Source of the DNA: a virus
Length of the DNA: 64,000 nucleotides
Direction: 5' to 3' (one strand)
IMG/VR virus record: IMGVR_UViG_3300009550_000008
Made by a program: the position numbers and the translations under genes
Part shown: positions 29,677-38,780 of the stretch, piece after piece
Position numbering within the stretch: the stretch's first letter is position 1
Layout: every line of letters starts with the position of its first letter
The notes under the pieces: generated by a model
What the model saw: the letters and a program-made list of their open reading frames with translations, nothing else
Told to the model about the DNA's origin: nothing
Database searches by the model: none

Positions 29677-31143
29677 ATGTCAACAGTAATTCAGATTAAA
29701 CGAAGTACAGGACTGTCGGCTCCAACTGTTAGTAATCTTGCAGAAGGGGAATTGGCATATGTACAGGATAGGTCTAATTCGGGTGCTGGTGCAAAACTTT
29801 ACATCGAGTCAGTAGATTCAGATAACTCTACTGCCCTGATTCACGCAATCGGTGGTAAGTATTATACTGATATACTTGCTGGTTCGACTGCAACTCCTGC
29901 CGATTTTAAAGTCGGTAATGGGTCTTCTACAGGTGGTTCATTACAACTTATGGAAGACACTGATAATGGTTCAAACTATGTAGCTTTGAAAGCACCAAAC
30001 GCGGTGACTTCAAATGTAACATGGACAATGCCAGGCTCAGACGGAAGTGCAAACCAAGTTTTAGCAACAGACGGAAGTGGAACCCTATCATTTACTTCAA
30101 CAACATCGACTCTTGCTGGTGCAACAGATACAAATATTTCTGGCCCAAGTTCAGGACAAGTTCTTGTCTATGACGGTTCGGATTCATTTGATAATGTTAG
30201 TATCTCAGGAGACGCAACTCTCGCATCTAACGGTGCATTAACTATTGCAAATGACGCAGTAGAACAAGCAATGATTGCAGATGACGCGGTTGGTGCAGAC
30301 CAACTAGCTGCAAGTGCAGTTGTTATTGGTTCGATTGCAGCTGCAACTCTAGTAATAGAGTCAGAAGGTATTGGGTCTAACGACAACGATACAACAATCG
30401 CAACTTCAGCTGCAATTAAAGATTATGTCGATACACAGGTAACTGCCCAAGACCTTGATTTCCAAGGTGACACAGGTGGTGCATTGTCAATCGATTTAGA
30501 CTCAGAAACCCTTTCAATCGTTGGTACTGCTAACGAAATTGAGACAGCAGGTTCAGGTAATACAATCACAGTCGGTTTACCCGATAATGTGACTATTGCT
30601 GGTAACTTAACAGTAAGTGGTACAACTACTACAGTTAACTCTACTACTGTTTCTATTGCTGACCCAGTATTTGAAATCGGTGATGACAGTTCAGATGATA
30701 ACCTAGACCGTGGTATTAAATTTAAATACAACAGTTCAGGTGCCAAAGTTGGTTTCTTCGGTTTCGATGATTCAACTGGTAAATTCATTGCTGTAGGAGC
30801 TGCAACAGATAGTTCTTCAACATTCTCAGGAACAGCATTAAGTGCTGTGTTCGGTGGATTAGAAGCAACTGGTCTTGCTCTTTCAGGGTCTATAACCTCA
30901 GTAGACGGGTCTGCTCCAACAGCAGGTCAGGTGTTAATTGGTCACGGTACTAACGGTGACTTTGCAGCTGGAACCCTAACTGCTGGTGAAGGTATCGATG
31001 TGACTAATGCAGATGGAAGTATCACAATAGCTGGAGAAGATGCAACTACCTCGAATAAAGGTATTGCAAGTTTTGCTTCTGCAAACTTCACAGTTTCAAG
31101 TGGTGCAGTCACAATCACTGCTATAGATGGTGGTACATTTTAA
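29677..31143 (+). CDS. Tail fibre protein (IQIKRS N-terminus, DGGTF C-terminus)
   Basis: IQIKRS...LAEGELAY (Mtd-N-like), [37 protein letters not shown]. Confidence 0.75.
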   Translation: MSTVIQIKRSTGLSAPTVSNLAEGELAYVQDRSNSGAGAKLYIESVDSDNSTALIHAIGGKYYTDILAGSTATPADFKVGNGSSTGGSLQLMEDTDNGSNYVALKAPNAVTSNVTWTMPGSDGSANQVLATDGSGTLSFTSTTSTLAGATDTNISGPSSGQVLVYDGSDSFDNVSISGDATLASNGALTIANDAVEQAMIADDAVGADQLAASAVVIGSIAAATLVIESEGIGSNDNDTTIATSAAIKDYVDTQVTAQDLDFQGDTGGALSIDLDSETLSIVGTANEIETAGSGNTITVGLPDNVTIAGNLTVSGTTTTVNSTTVSIADPVFEIGDDSSDDNLDRGIKFKYNSSGAKVGFFGFDDSTGKFIAVGAATDSSSTFSGTALSAVFGGLEATGLALSGSITSVDGSAPTAGQVLIGHGTNGDFAAGTLTAGEGIDVTNADGSITIAGEDATTSNKGIASFASANFTVSSGAVTITAIDGGTF

Positions 31144-31169
31144 TTAATCATCTTTAGGAGGAGATACCG

Positions 31170-31994
31170 ATGGCAACAGAGATTAAATTTAAACGAAGTT
31201 CGACTCAGAACGATCTTCCCGTAGTCAGTGATCTTGCCCTAGGCGAGATTGCAATTAATACCTATCATGGTCGTGTTTACACGGAGAAAAATGATGGGTC
31301 GGCTGCAATTGTGGAAGTCGGTTCAGTCCCAGCTTCTCTAACAATCAATGATGCAATCACATTTCCTACAAGTGATGGTTCAGCAAATCAAGCCCTAGTC
31401 ACAAATGGTTCGGGAACTTTATCGTTCTCAACCGTTGGTGGTACAGGACTATCAAGTTTTACATACACAATATCAGGTAATACAACTGCTATTACTGGTA
31501 ATGACGATGACTCAAACTCTTTATCCTACACAGCAGGTTCAGAGCAAGTTTATCTAAATGGTGTAAAACTGATTGATGGTGGAACGGACTATACAACCAC
31601 TAACTCCACAACTATCACTTTGGCTGCAAATGCGATAAGTGGTGATGTCGTACAAGTTCTTGCATATACAAGTGCAGACTTGGTACAAGGATACTACACG
31701 GCATCGGCATTAACTGCTACAACGGCTGATCAAGTGCTTTCATCTAACGGGATTGCAAATAAAGCAATCAAGTATGTGATATGTGCAACTCATGCTTCTG
31801 CAGGCACTCACGCTGCAGAGGTTTTATTAATCAACAATGGTTCAAATTCATATTTCGTTCAATACGGTGATGTGTTTTCGAACAGTTCGTTGTTCACTTT
31901 AGATAGTGATATTGACTCAGGTAATATGAGACTTCTCGTAACACCAGCCAATACAAACACAACGATAGATACATTCCAAATTAGACATTCATAG
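31170..31994 (+). CDS. Tail fibre protein (IKFKRS N-terminus)
   Basis: IKFKRS...LALGEIAINT, VYLNGVKL, C-terminal domain similar to 32006-32416. Confidence 0.7.
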   Translation: MATEIKFKRSSTQNDLPVVSDLALGEIAINTYHGRVYTEKNDGSAAIVEVGSVPASLTINDAITFPTSDGSANQALVTNGSGTLSFSTVGGTGLSSFTYTISGNTTAITGNDDDSNSLSYTAGSEQVYLNGVKLIDGGTDYTTTNSTTITLAANAISGDVVQVLAYTSADLVQGYYTASALTATTADQVLSSNGIANKAIKYVICATHASAGTHAAEVLLINNGSNSYFVQYGDVFSNSSLFTLDSDIDSGNMRLLVTPANTNTTIDTFQIRHS

Positions 31995-32005
31995 GAGGAT
32001 GAGTA

Positions 32006-32416
32006 ATGGCTATAAGTAAATCATTCAAACTTGCAGAACTCATTCGTCATATTGAATATGATTCTACGGATGATGTAATCAAAACAAGTAAAGCAACTCA
32101 AGATAAACATAAAAAGAGGGATTCTACAAGTAAATCCTCTACCGATGTATTCAATCTTGATACCTTTGCTCATGCAGACTTTAGAGCTGCAAGATACATC
32201 GTTGCAATGTCTAAAGGAACAGATTTCCATTCAACGGAAATTATGTTGATTCATGACGGAACCACAGTATCATTAACTCAATATGGAGTATTGCAAGATG
32301 CAACACTTGCGTCATTTGATGCAGACATCAATGGTGACAATGTTAGACTTAGGTGTACACCAGCTTCGGCAACTACGACTACAATCAAGTATGACCGTAC
32401 ACTGGTAGAAGCGTAA
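32006..32416 (+). CDS. Virion structural protein (136 aa)
   Basis: DTF....RAARYIV...HSTEIMLIHDG...QYG resembles the C-terminus of 31170-31994. Confidence 0.65.
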   Translation: MAISKSFKLAELIRHIEYDSTDDVIKTSKATQDKHKKRDSTSKSSTDVFNLDTFAHADFRAARYIVAMSKGTDFHSTEIMLIHDGTTVSLTQYGVLQDATLASFDADINGDNVRLRCTPASATTTTIKYDRTLVEA

Positions 32417-32435
32417 GAGAACTTCAAACCAAATT

Positions 32436-32463
32436 AAATGGGGCTTCGGCCCCATTTTCTTTT
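32436..32463 (+). terminator. Rho-independent terminator with UUCG loop
   Basis: AAATGGGGC-TTCG-GCCCCATTT followed by TCTTTT. Confidence 0.85.
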
Positions 32464-32534
32464 ACGGGTAAGGCTCTCTATCTCATAAATAATCCTATAC
32501 ATTCTAAACAATTCAATTTAGGACACGGAGAAAC

Positions 32535-32768
32535 ATGGCAGATACAAAAAATTTCAGAGTAGAGTATGGAATTAACAGTGGTTCTAGTGAGGTGATAAAT
32601 TCAAGTGGGAAAGTTGTAGCATCTGCTCTATCAGCAGTCGATTCAGACGATATAACAGAAGGTTCGTCTAATACATTTTTTACTACAACCCGTGTGAATA
32701 ACCACCTAGCAGATTCCGGCTCGGCAAAGACAATTAATAATGCTACAATAGATGGAGGAACATTCTAG
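32535..32768 (+). CDS. Small fibre linker protein ending in DGGTF
   Basis: NFRVEYGI N-terminus, DDITEGSSN.FFT, DGGTF; CATAAATA at 32484. Confidence 0.7.
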   Translation: MADTKNFRVEYGINSGSSEVINSSGKVVASALSAVDSDDITEGSSNTFFTTTRVNNHLADSGSAKTINNATIDGGTF

Positions 32769-34603
32769 TGGCTGCACAGAATTTTAAAATCAAGAACGGT
32801 TTAACGGTAGGTACTACTGAGGTAATCGATAGTTCAGGTGACTTAACAAATGCAGCTTTCGGAACTGCAGCTAAAGAAGCAATTGACGATCAAGTAAATA
32901 CTCTAATGACCGCAGGTTCGGGAATCTCATTATCATATGACGATTCAGCAGGAACATTAACAGTAACAAGAGATGCAGAAACAGGAGACATCGAAGGAGT
33001 TGTTGCTGGTACAAACTTAAGTGGTGGTGGTACATCGGGTACAGTCACATTAAATGTAGAACAAGAATTAACAAACTCAACTGCACCATTTTACCATAAG
33101 ATCGCTGTAACAGTAGTCAGTGATAGTGGTAACAAATATGCAATGGATGGAAATACATCAGGTGGTGTTGCAGTTAGATTGATGCCTAATATAGTTTATA
33201 GGTTCGATCAATCAGACAGTTCAAACGCAAACCATCCATTAAGATTTTCAGAAACCTCAGATGGAACCCACAACAGTGGTGCAGAAATATCTGATGGTTA
33301 TCTAATATACAACAAAGTCGGAACACCAGGCTCGGCGGGTGCATACACAGAAGTTGCATTTGACCAAGAAAGTAACGACACATTATACACATACTGTTCT
33401 GCTCATAGTGGTATGGGACAGACAGTCACATTAGGATATGCTGGTGACATTACAGGTGTTACTGCTGGAGACGGTCTCTCAGGTGGTGGTGCAACTGGAG
33501 CGGTATCACTTGCATTAGATTTAAGTGAACTAACAGCTGCAGTGGTAGACCCTGCGACAGATAGTATTGCAATTATCGATGCTGGAGATGGTTCATCTAA
33601 GAAAGAAGCAATCGCAGACCTTGCAACGATGCAAGCTGGAGACGGACTAAGTGCATCAAGTGGTGCATTTGCAGTAAATGTAGATGACAGTTCAATAGAA
33701 ACAAGTTCAGATTCACTACAAGTCAAAGCTGGTGGTGTTACAAATGCAATGTTAGCAGGTTCAATTGCAAACGCAAAACTTGCAAATTCAGCAATCACAA
33801 TTGCTGGAAGTTCTACTTCATTAGGTGGAACAGTTCTTGCAGACACCGATGCATTAACAGAAGGTTCTTCAAACTTATATCTAACAAACGAAAGAATTGA
33901 TGACAGAGTTGCAACTCTTATAGTTGGTGGTTCAAATATCACATCAACTTATGATGATGCAGCGGGTACATTAACACTTGCTGGTTCGGCTGCATATGCA
34001 GACTCAGATGCAAGAGGTGCTATATCGGTAACCGATTCAGGTGGAGATGGTTCACTTGCATACAATAACTCTACAGGTGTTATCACATATACAGGCCCAA
34101 GTGCATCAGAAGTAAGAGCTCATATAACTGCTGGAACTGGTATTGGAATCAGTTCAGGTGAAGTAAGTATCGGGCAAGCAGTTGCAACATCAAGTAATGT
34201 TCAATTTGCAAACTTAACACTTTCAGGTGACTTAACAGTAAACGGAACAACCACAACAGTAGCAACAACAAACTCAGTGATTTCAGATGCATTGATAGAA
34301 CTAGGAAATGGAACATCAGGTTCACCAGCAAATGATGCTGGTCTAGTTATCGAAAGAGGAAGTTCAGACAATGTATTCATTGGTTGGGACGAAAGTGCAG
34401 ATGCAATCACATTCGGTACAGGTTCATTTACAGGTGCAGATACAGGTAACTTGACAATAACACCTAGTGCAGTAAACACAGGTGCAGTGACAATTACAAA
34501 CGCAACAAATAGTGGTGGTACAGCAAGGAATGTTTATCAGTCTACATCAGCTCCGACAGGTGGAGATGGTGCAGTTGGTGATTTATGGATTTTATACTCT
34601 TAA
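32768..34603 (+). CDS. Tail fibre/adaptor protein with cupredoxin-like insert (611 aa, GTG start)
   Basis: NFKIKNGL N-terminus, HPLRFS...YCSAHSGMG, LTEGSSNLY, C-terminal TSAPTGGDGAVGDLWILYS. Confidence 0.75.
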   Translation: MAAQNFKIKNGLTVGTTEVIDSSGDLTNAAFGTAAKEAIDDQVNTLMTAGSGISLSYDDSAGTLTVTRDAETGDIEGVVAGTNLSGGGTSGTVTLNVEQELTNSTAPFYHKIAVTVVSDSGNKYAMDGNTSGGVAVRLMPNIVYRFDQSDSSNANHPLRFSETSDGTHNSGAEISDGYLIYNKVGTPGSAGAYTEVAFDQESNDTLYTYCSAHSGMGQTVTLGYAGDITGVTAGDGLSGGGATGAVSLALDLSELTAAVVDPATDSIAIIDAGDGSSKKEAIADLATMQAGDGLSASSGAFAVNVDDSSIETSSDSLQVKAGGVTNAMLAGSIANAKLANSAITIAGSSTSLGGTVLADTDALTEGSSNLYLTNERIDDRVATLIVGGSNITSTYDDAAGTLTLAGSAAYADSDARGAISVTDSGGDGSLAYNNSTGVITYTGPSASEVRAHITAGTGIGISSGEVSIGQAVATSSNVQFANLTLSGDLTVNGTTTTVATTNSVISDALIELGNGTSGSPANDAGLVIERGSSDNVFIGWDESADAITFGTGSFTGADTGNLTITPSAVNTGAVTITNATNSGGTARNVYQSTSAPTGGDGAVGDLWILYS

Positions 34604-34623
34604 TTGAGTCAGTGAGGAATTAA

Positions 34624-35910
34624 ATGGCGTCAGGTAACCAAAAGGTTAAAACCCCTTCGGGTTGGAATGCAACTCAAGGTGCTTGGGTAAAAACAGGCAG
34701 TACAACTTGGAAGGCAGTAGATCAGATTTATATCAAGACTCCCGATGGATGGAATGATGCATCAGGACAAGAAGCAACGCAAATTCCTTACCCTTACATT
34801 GCAACTGGACAGGAACCAAACATTAGACAAACTATTGTTACATATCCTTACATTGCAAATGCTCAAGAACCAAATATAAGACAAACCATTGTTCCCTATC
34901 CTTACATTGCAAATGGTCAGGAACCTAACCAAAGATCAAGACAGATTTCTTATACCTATCAGGCACAGGCAAGACAACCAGTTGAATATCAATATGGTTC
35001 ACCGTTTACATACGATCATAGAGAACCTAATACATATTCAATAAGATCACCGTTTACATACGATCATAGGTCACCGTTCACTTATAATAGAACTGGAAGA
35101 AGTCCTTTTACTTATAATAGAACTGGTAGGACACCATTTACATATCAGGCACCAGCAAGACAACCTGCGACATATCAGGCTCCTGCTCGACAACCTTTTA
35201 TTGCAAATGCAAGACAACCGAATACATATCAAGCACCAGCAAGACAACCATTTATTGCAAGTGCAAGACAACCAGCAACATATCAAGCACCTGCGAGACA
35301 ACCGTTCATTGCATCTGCGAGACAACCTGCGACTTATCAAGCACCAGCAAGACAACCGTTCATTGCAAGTGCAAGAAACCCGTTCACTTATCAAGCAAGA
35401 ACACCAGTGTTTATACCAGGCGGTGGTGGTGGTTGCTTCAGTTCCGATATGCTTATTCTTATGGGTGATAATAGACTTATGCCTATCAGTGAAGTTCAAG
35501 CTGGAGACTTTGTATTATCATTTAACTTTGAAACTAACTTACTAGAATCTAGAGAAGTTGGTGCAATGATGGAACCAAGAGAAGATATACAACTATATAA
35601 TGTTAAACTTTCAAATGGTAACCACATTGAAATATCAGGTGGTCACCCAGTATCTACATCAAGAGGATGGAGATATATTAATGAGGATGCATGGAAAGTC
35701 GAAGTTGAAGCTGGAATTGCAGACTTCGAATGTGCAGAGGGTGAATTTGAAGTGGGTGACGAACTATTCTATTTCGGAGAACAAGAAGTGGTCGTTGAAA
35801 GTATAACTAAACAAGAAGAACTACAAACTACTTACAACATTGTATTAGTAGAAGGTAATGAAAACTATTTTGTGAATGGTGTTCTAGTTCATAACGGAGA
35901 GAAGAAGTAA
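34624..35910 (+). CDS. Repeat fibre chain A with C-terminal Hint (intein-like) autoprocessing domain
   Basis: Trp-rich N-terminal domain, 23 Pro-terminated repeats, GGGGG linker, then CF...SGGH...TYNI...NYFVNGVLVHN-GEKK. Confidence 0.88.
   Translation: MASGNQKVKTPSGWNATQGAWVKTGSTTWKAVDQIYIKTPDGWNDASGQEATQIPYPYIATGQEPNIRQTIVTYPYIANAQEPNIRQTIVPYPYIANGQEPNQRSRQISYTYQAQARQPVEYQYGSPFTYDHREPNTYSIRSPFTYDHRSPFTYNRTGRSPFTYNRTGRTPFTYQAPARQPATYQAPARQPFIANARQPNTYQAPARQPFIASARQPATYQAPARQPFIASARQPATYQAPARQPFIASARNPFTYQARTPVFIPGGGGGCFSSDMLILMGDNRLMPISEVQAGDFVLSFNFETNLLESREVGAMMEPREDIQLYNVKLSNGNHIEISGGHPVSTSRGWRYINEDAWKVEVEAGIADFECAEGEFEVGDELFYFGEQEVVVESITKQEELQTTYNIVLVEGNENYFVNGVLVHNGEKK
35167..35382 (+). 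repeat. 4 x 54-bp coding tandem repeat (ATYQAPARQP-FIASARQP)
   Basis: Visible in DNA and protein, with synonymous variation between copies. Confidence 0.9.
35434..35895 (+). other. Hint domain (Cys271-Asn424); +1 residue is Gly
   Basis: Block A Cys, block B SxxH, terminal His-Asn; no homing endonuclease insert. Confidence 0.85.
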
Positions 35911-36602
35911 TGGCTCAACAACCGTATCCAGCTAGTGCCCAACAACCGTTTACTTATAACGCGCAGAATCCATTTACATATCCTGCGAATTATCAGAATC
36001 CGTTCACTTATAACGCACAGAACCCGTTCACATACCCAGCAAACTATCAGAACCCGTTCACATACAATGCACAGAATCCGTTTACTTATCCAGCAAACTA
36101 TCAGTCACCGTTTACGCATAATGCTCAGAATCCGTTTACTTACCCAGCAAACTATCAGAGTCCATTTACATATCCAGCAAATGCACAACAACCTTATCCG
36201 TATATTGCAAATGCACAACAACCGTATCCGTATACTGCAGTAGGACAACAACCTAATATTAGGGCTTCACAACAACCTGCGATTAAAGATAGACAATCAC
36301 CGTATATTGCAGCTGCACAGGAACCAAATATTAGAGATTTACAGAGTCCGTTTACATATATGAATCAGGGTCGAGTACCTCAGACATATATTCACCAGTC
36401 TCCATTTACATATTCAAGACAAGGTGATACACAACAGTCTTATGACCATAGAAGTCCATTTACTTATCAGGTTATTGCAAATACTCAGAACAACTATGAC
36501 CATAGGTCTCCGTTCACATATGCAAGACAGGGACGAACTCCTGAACCAAGATGGGATGGTGTGGTTACACAACAGTGGCCTGCGACTCCAATTACCTCTT
36601 AA
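35910..36602 (+). CDS. Repeat fibre chain B, mirror partner of chain A (230 aa)
   Basis: TAATG overlap with chain A; 23 Pro-terminated repeats. Confidence 0.85.
   Translation: MAQQPYPASAQQPFTYNAQNPFTYPANYQNPFTYNAQNPFTYPANYQNPFTYNAQNPFTYPANYQSPFTHNAQNPFTYPANYQSPFTYPANAQQPYPYIANAQQPYPYTAVGQQPNIRASQQPAIKDRQSPYIAAAQEPNIRDLQSPFTYMNQGRVPQTYIHQSPFTYSRQGDTQQSYDHRSPFTYQVIANTQNNYDHRSPFTYARQGRTPEPRWDGVVTQQWPATPITS
35949..36164 (+). repeat. 4 x 54-bp coding tandem repeat (FTYNAQNP-FTYPANYQNP)
   Basis: Visible in DNA and protein. Confidence 0.9.
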
Positions 36603-36623
36603 TTTAGACACCTAAATATTTCT

Positions 36624-38189
36624 ATGTTAAAGACCATAGAAAACCTTGAACAAGCACGCAACTTTGAATTTAATACTCAGGGTATTGTTACCCAAGGATA
36701 TCAACAAGAAGCAATACGATTAGCAAATTCATATGATTTTGCAAGACCTAATAATGAAACGAGTGTTGATTGTTGGCAAGTGATGAAGTATGCCTTTGAG
36801 TCTCAACCACCTATAAAAAAGGTTCATTGGGAACAGATAAAAGAAAGGATAAATGATAATACATTACATACATTTGGACAATTACATCACAATTCTGTAC
36901 AGTATCTTAGATATGTTCAAGATGGTTGGACAGAAAAACTAAGACCCGACCATCCTATTGGTGGTGGTTCGATGGACTTTATGAATTATGATGATGAGTA
37001 TCAATGGTTATCAACTGTTAGTGACCATCCTGATTGTAATCAATTAAATCCAAGAGAAGAGAATACTCTAAGTTCATGTTATTATCACGCTGCAAAAGCA
37101 CACTGGTTAGTAAACAACATTCAGAAAGAAGGATTGAGACATCCTATCCAAGGACATACACATAAAAGTACAAGTGCCTCAGAATTTGGATTGACTATTC
37201 ATCCAGGCTCGATCAGATGTAGAGTAATGGAGACCCTTGATGACAATGAACTATATGTTTTAGTTACTGATTTTGAAAATGTATTTGATGAAGTAGAACC
37301 TTTTACATTCGAAGAGATGATGGATATGTGGGGTGAGTTAGGTAATAACAAAGGTAATCTATCTGCAATATTCGTTGATGGTAAAATAGAATGGTCACTA
37401 TCATCTACAGCTGGACTTGATTTTAGAGATGAAGTTTTTGATTTCAATAGAAAGGTAACTAAGTTAACGAAGAAAAAACCAGTTAACATATATCTTGGAT
37501 ACGATTCATCACATAGTGAGGTATACGATGTTGCAGAAGCTTCTATTCATCATTCTATAGAGAAATGTAAGAGTGGTGGTGTATCACATGAATTCTTTAA
37601 TGACTATAAGATAGAAGTCAAGAAACTTGACATTAATGCAATTTCAGAGTATACTAGACCTTACGCAAATCAATCTACTGAGTTTACTTACAGTAGATTC
37701 CTCATTCCATATCTAGAGAACTATGAAGGATTCAGTTTCTTTATAGATGACGATTACATATGGCAATGGTCACCTACATCCTTATTCTATTTCTTAGACC
37801 CTGAACATGCAATTGCTTGTGTTCAGTATCAGTTCGATCACCATGATGAAACCAAAATGGATGGTGAGAAGAATGTATCATATCCTAAAAAACTTTGGTC
37901 AAGTATGATGATCTTTAACAATGGTCATGAGGATTGTAAAAAATTAACACCCGAAGTTGTGAATACTGCAAGTGGACAATACTTACATCAGTTTGAATGG
38001 ACAGATCAGATCAGTGAAATCCCAGGCCATAAGATTGCAACAGAAGGATATGATAGTGAGTTATTAAAGACTCACCATGCAGTTCATTATACAAGAGGAG
38101 GCCCATGGATAAAAGACATGGATTATTCCAACATAAATATGTTAGAACTGTATAAACAGATGAAAAACAAGTTGCCAAAAAGCAACTAA
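36624..38189 (+). CDS. Fusion of a ParB/Srx-like domain and a GT-A glycosyltransferase (CDI/GT8-like)
   Basis: IYLGYD, QSTEFTYSRFLIPYL, FIDDD (DxD), YPKKLWSSMMIFN, YLHQFEW, VHYTRGGPW. Confidence 0.85.
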   Translation: MLKTIENLEQARNFEFNTQGIVTQGYQQEAIRLANSYDFARPNNETSVDCWQVMKYAFESQPPIKKVHWEQIKERINDNTLHTFGQLHHNSVQYLRYVQDGWTEKLRPDHPIGGGSMDFMNYDDEYQWLSTVSDHPDCNQLNPREENTLSSCYYHAAKAHWLVNNIQKEGLRHPIQGHTHKSTSASEFGLTIHPGSIRCRVMETLDDNELYVLVTDFENVFDEVEPFTFEEMMDMWGELGNNKGNLSAIFVDGKIEWSLSSTAGLDFRDEVFDFNRKVTKLTKKKPVNIYLGYDSSHSEVYDVAEASIHHSIEKCKSGGVSHEFFNDYKIEVKKLDINAISEYTRPYANQSTEFTYSRFLIPYLENYEGFSFFIDDDYIWQWSPTSLFYFLDPEHAIACVQYQFDHHDETKMDGEKNVSYPKKLWSSMMIFNNGHEDCKKLTPEVVNTASGQYLHQFEWTDQISEIPGHKIATEGYDSELLKTHHAVHYTRGGPWIKDMDYSNINMLELYKQMKNKLPKSN

Positions 38190-38200
38190 TATGTTATAAT
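38172..38200 (+). promoter_or_regulatory. Sigma70-type promoter TTGCCA-17-TATAAT with extended -10 TG
   Basis: TTGCCA 38172-77, TG 38192-93, TATAAT 38195-200. Confidence 0.7.
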
Positions 38201-38209
38201 GGAGATATT

Positions 38210-38779
38210 ATGAATTGTTTAATATACGATCAATGGGGTAATCTTTTTATAAGAAAACCTAATGGACTTGAGTGGAGACATGAAAATGTCGATAGACCTG
38301 CTTTAGGTTTTGACTTTGATGTTCTTATATACGATGATGTTGAATTTAAAATTGAAAAATTTGAAGACGGCAAAGAAATGGAAGAACAGGAAAAGCAACC
38401 CTTAACTGAAACCGATAAAGATGCCATCGAGGCATATATTGAAAATGCTGAACCCCCTAGTGGTGTCAGTCTAAACCAACAATATGTTGGGAGAATTGCA
38501 GAAGTTGTTAGAAACAATGTTATGCATCAATGTGAGAAATATGGATTCGATGATATGATCGAAGTATTGATGGCTGCAAGAGAAGGTTCTGCACATCCAT
38601 ATCGATCAAATGCTAGAAGAGCATTAGAATATTCAGATGCAGTAGCAAATGTTGCAGAGGGTGTATTCAGAGAGATTCAAATCACTAGAGAAGATACACT
38701 TAAACCTTTAGATGAATACATAATGCAAATACCACCTCCGTCTATTGGTGTTGGTAGAGATCAGTCTGTAGTAGGTTAA
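38210..38779 (+). CDS. Hypothetical protein; possible tail-fibre assembly chaperone-like
   Basis: C-terminal KYGFDD.......HPYRSNARRALEYSDAV resembles fibre-chaperone-like helical domains (weak). Confidence 0.5.
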   Translation: MNCLIYDQWGNLFIRKPNGLEWRHENVDRPALGFDFDVLIYDDVEFKIEKFEDGKEMEEQEKQPLTETDKDAIEAYIENAEPPSGVSLNQQYVGRIAEVVRNNVMHQCEKYGFDDMIEVLMAAREGSAHPYRSNARRALEYSDAVANVAEGVFREIQITREDTLKPLDEYIMQIPPPSIGVGRDQSVVG

Positions 38780-38780
38780 C

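Noticed and set aside
35434-35895. Classical mobile intein
   Set aside because: No homing endonuclease, Gly at +1 and only a 4-residue C-extein; it cannot cis-splice as read.
34789-36542. CRISPR array or DGR template/variable repeat
   Set aside because: Repeats are in-frame coding units with synonymous variation and no spacers. There is no adenine-specific mismatch pair and no reverse transcriptase in the window.
34789-36542. DNA inverted repeat as the cause of the mirror pattern
   Set aside because: Both genes are on + and are not reverse complements; the symmetry exists only in protein unit order.
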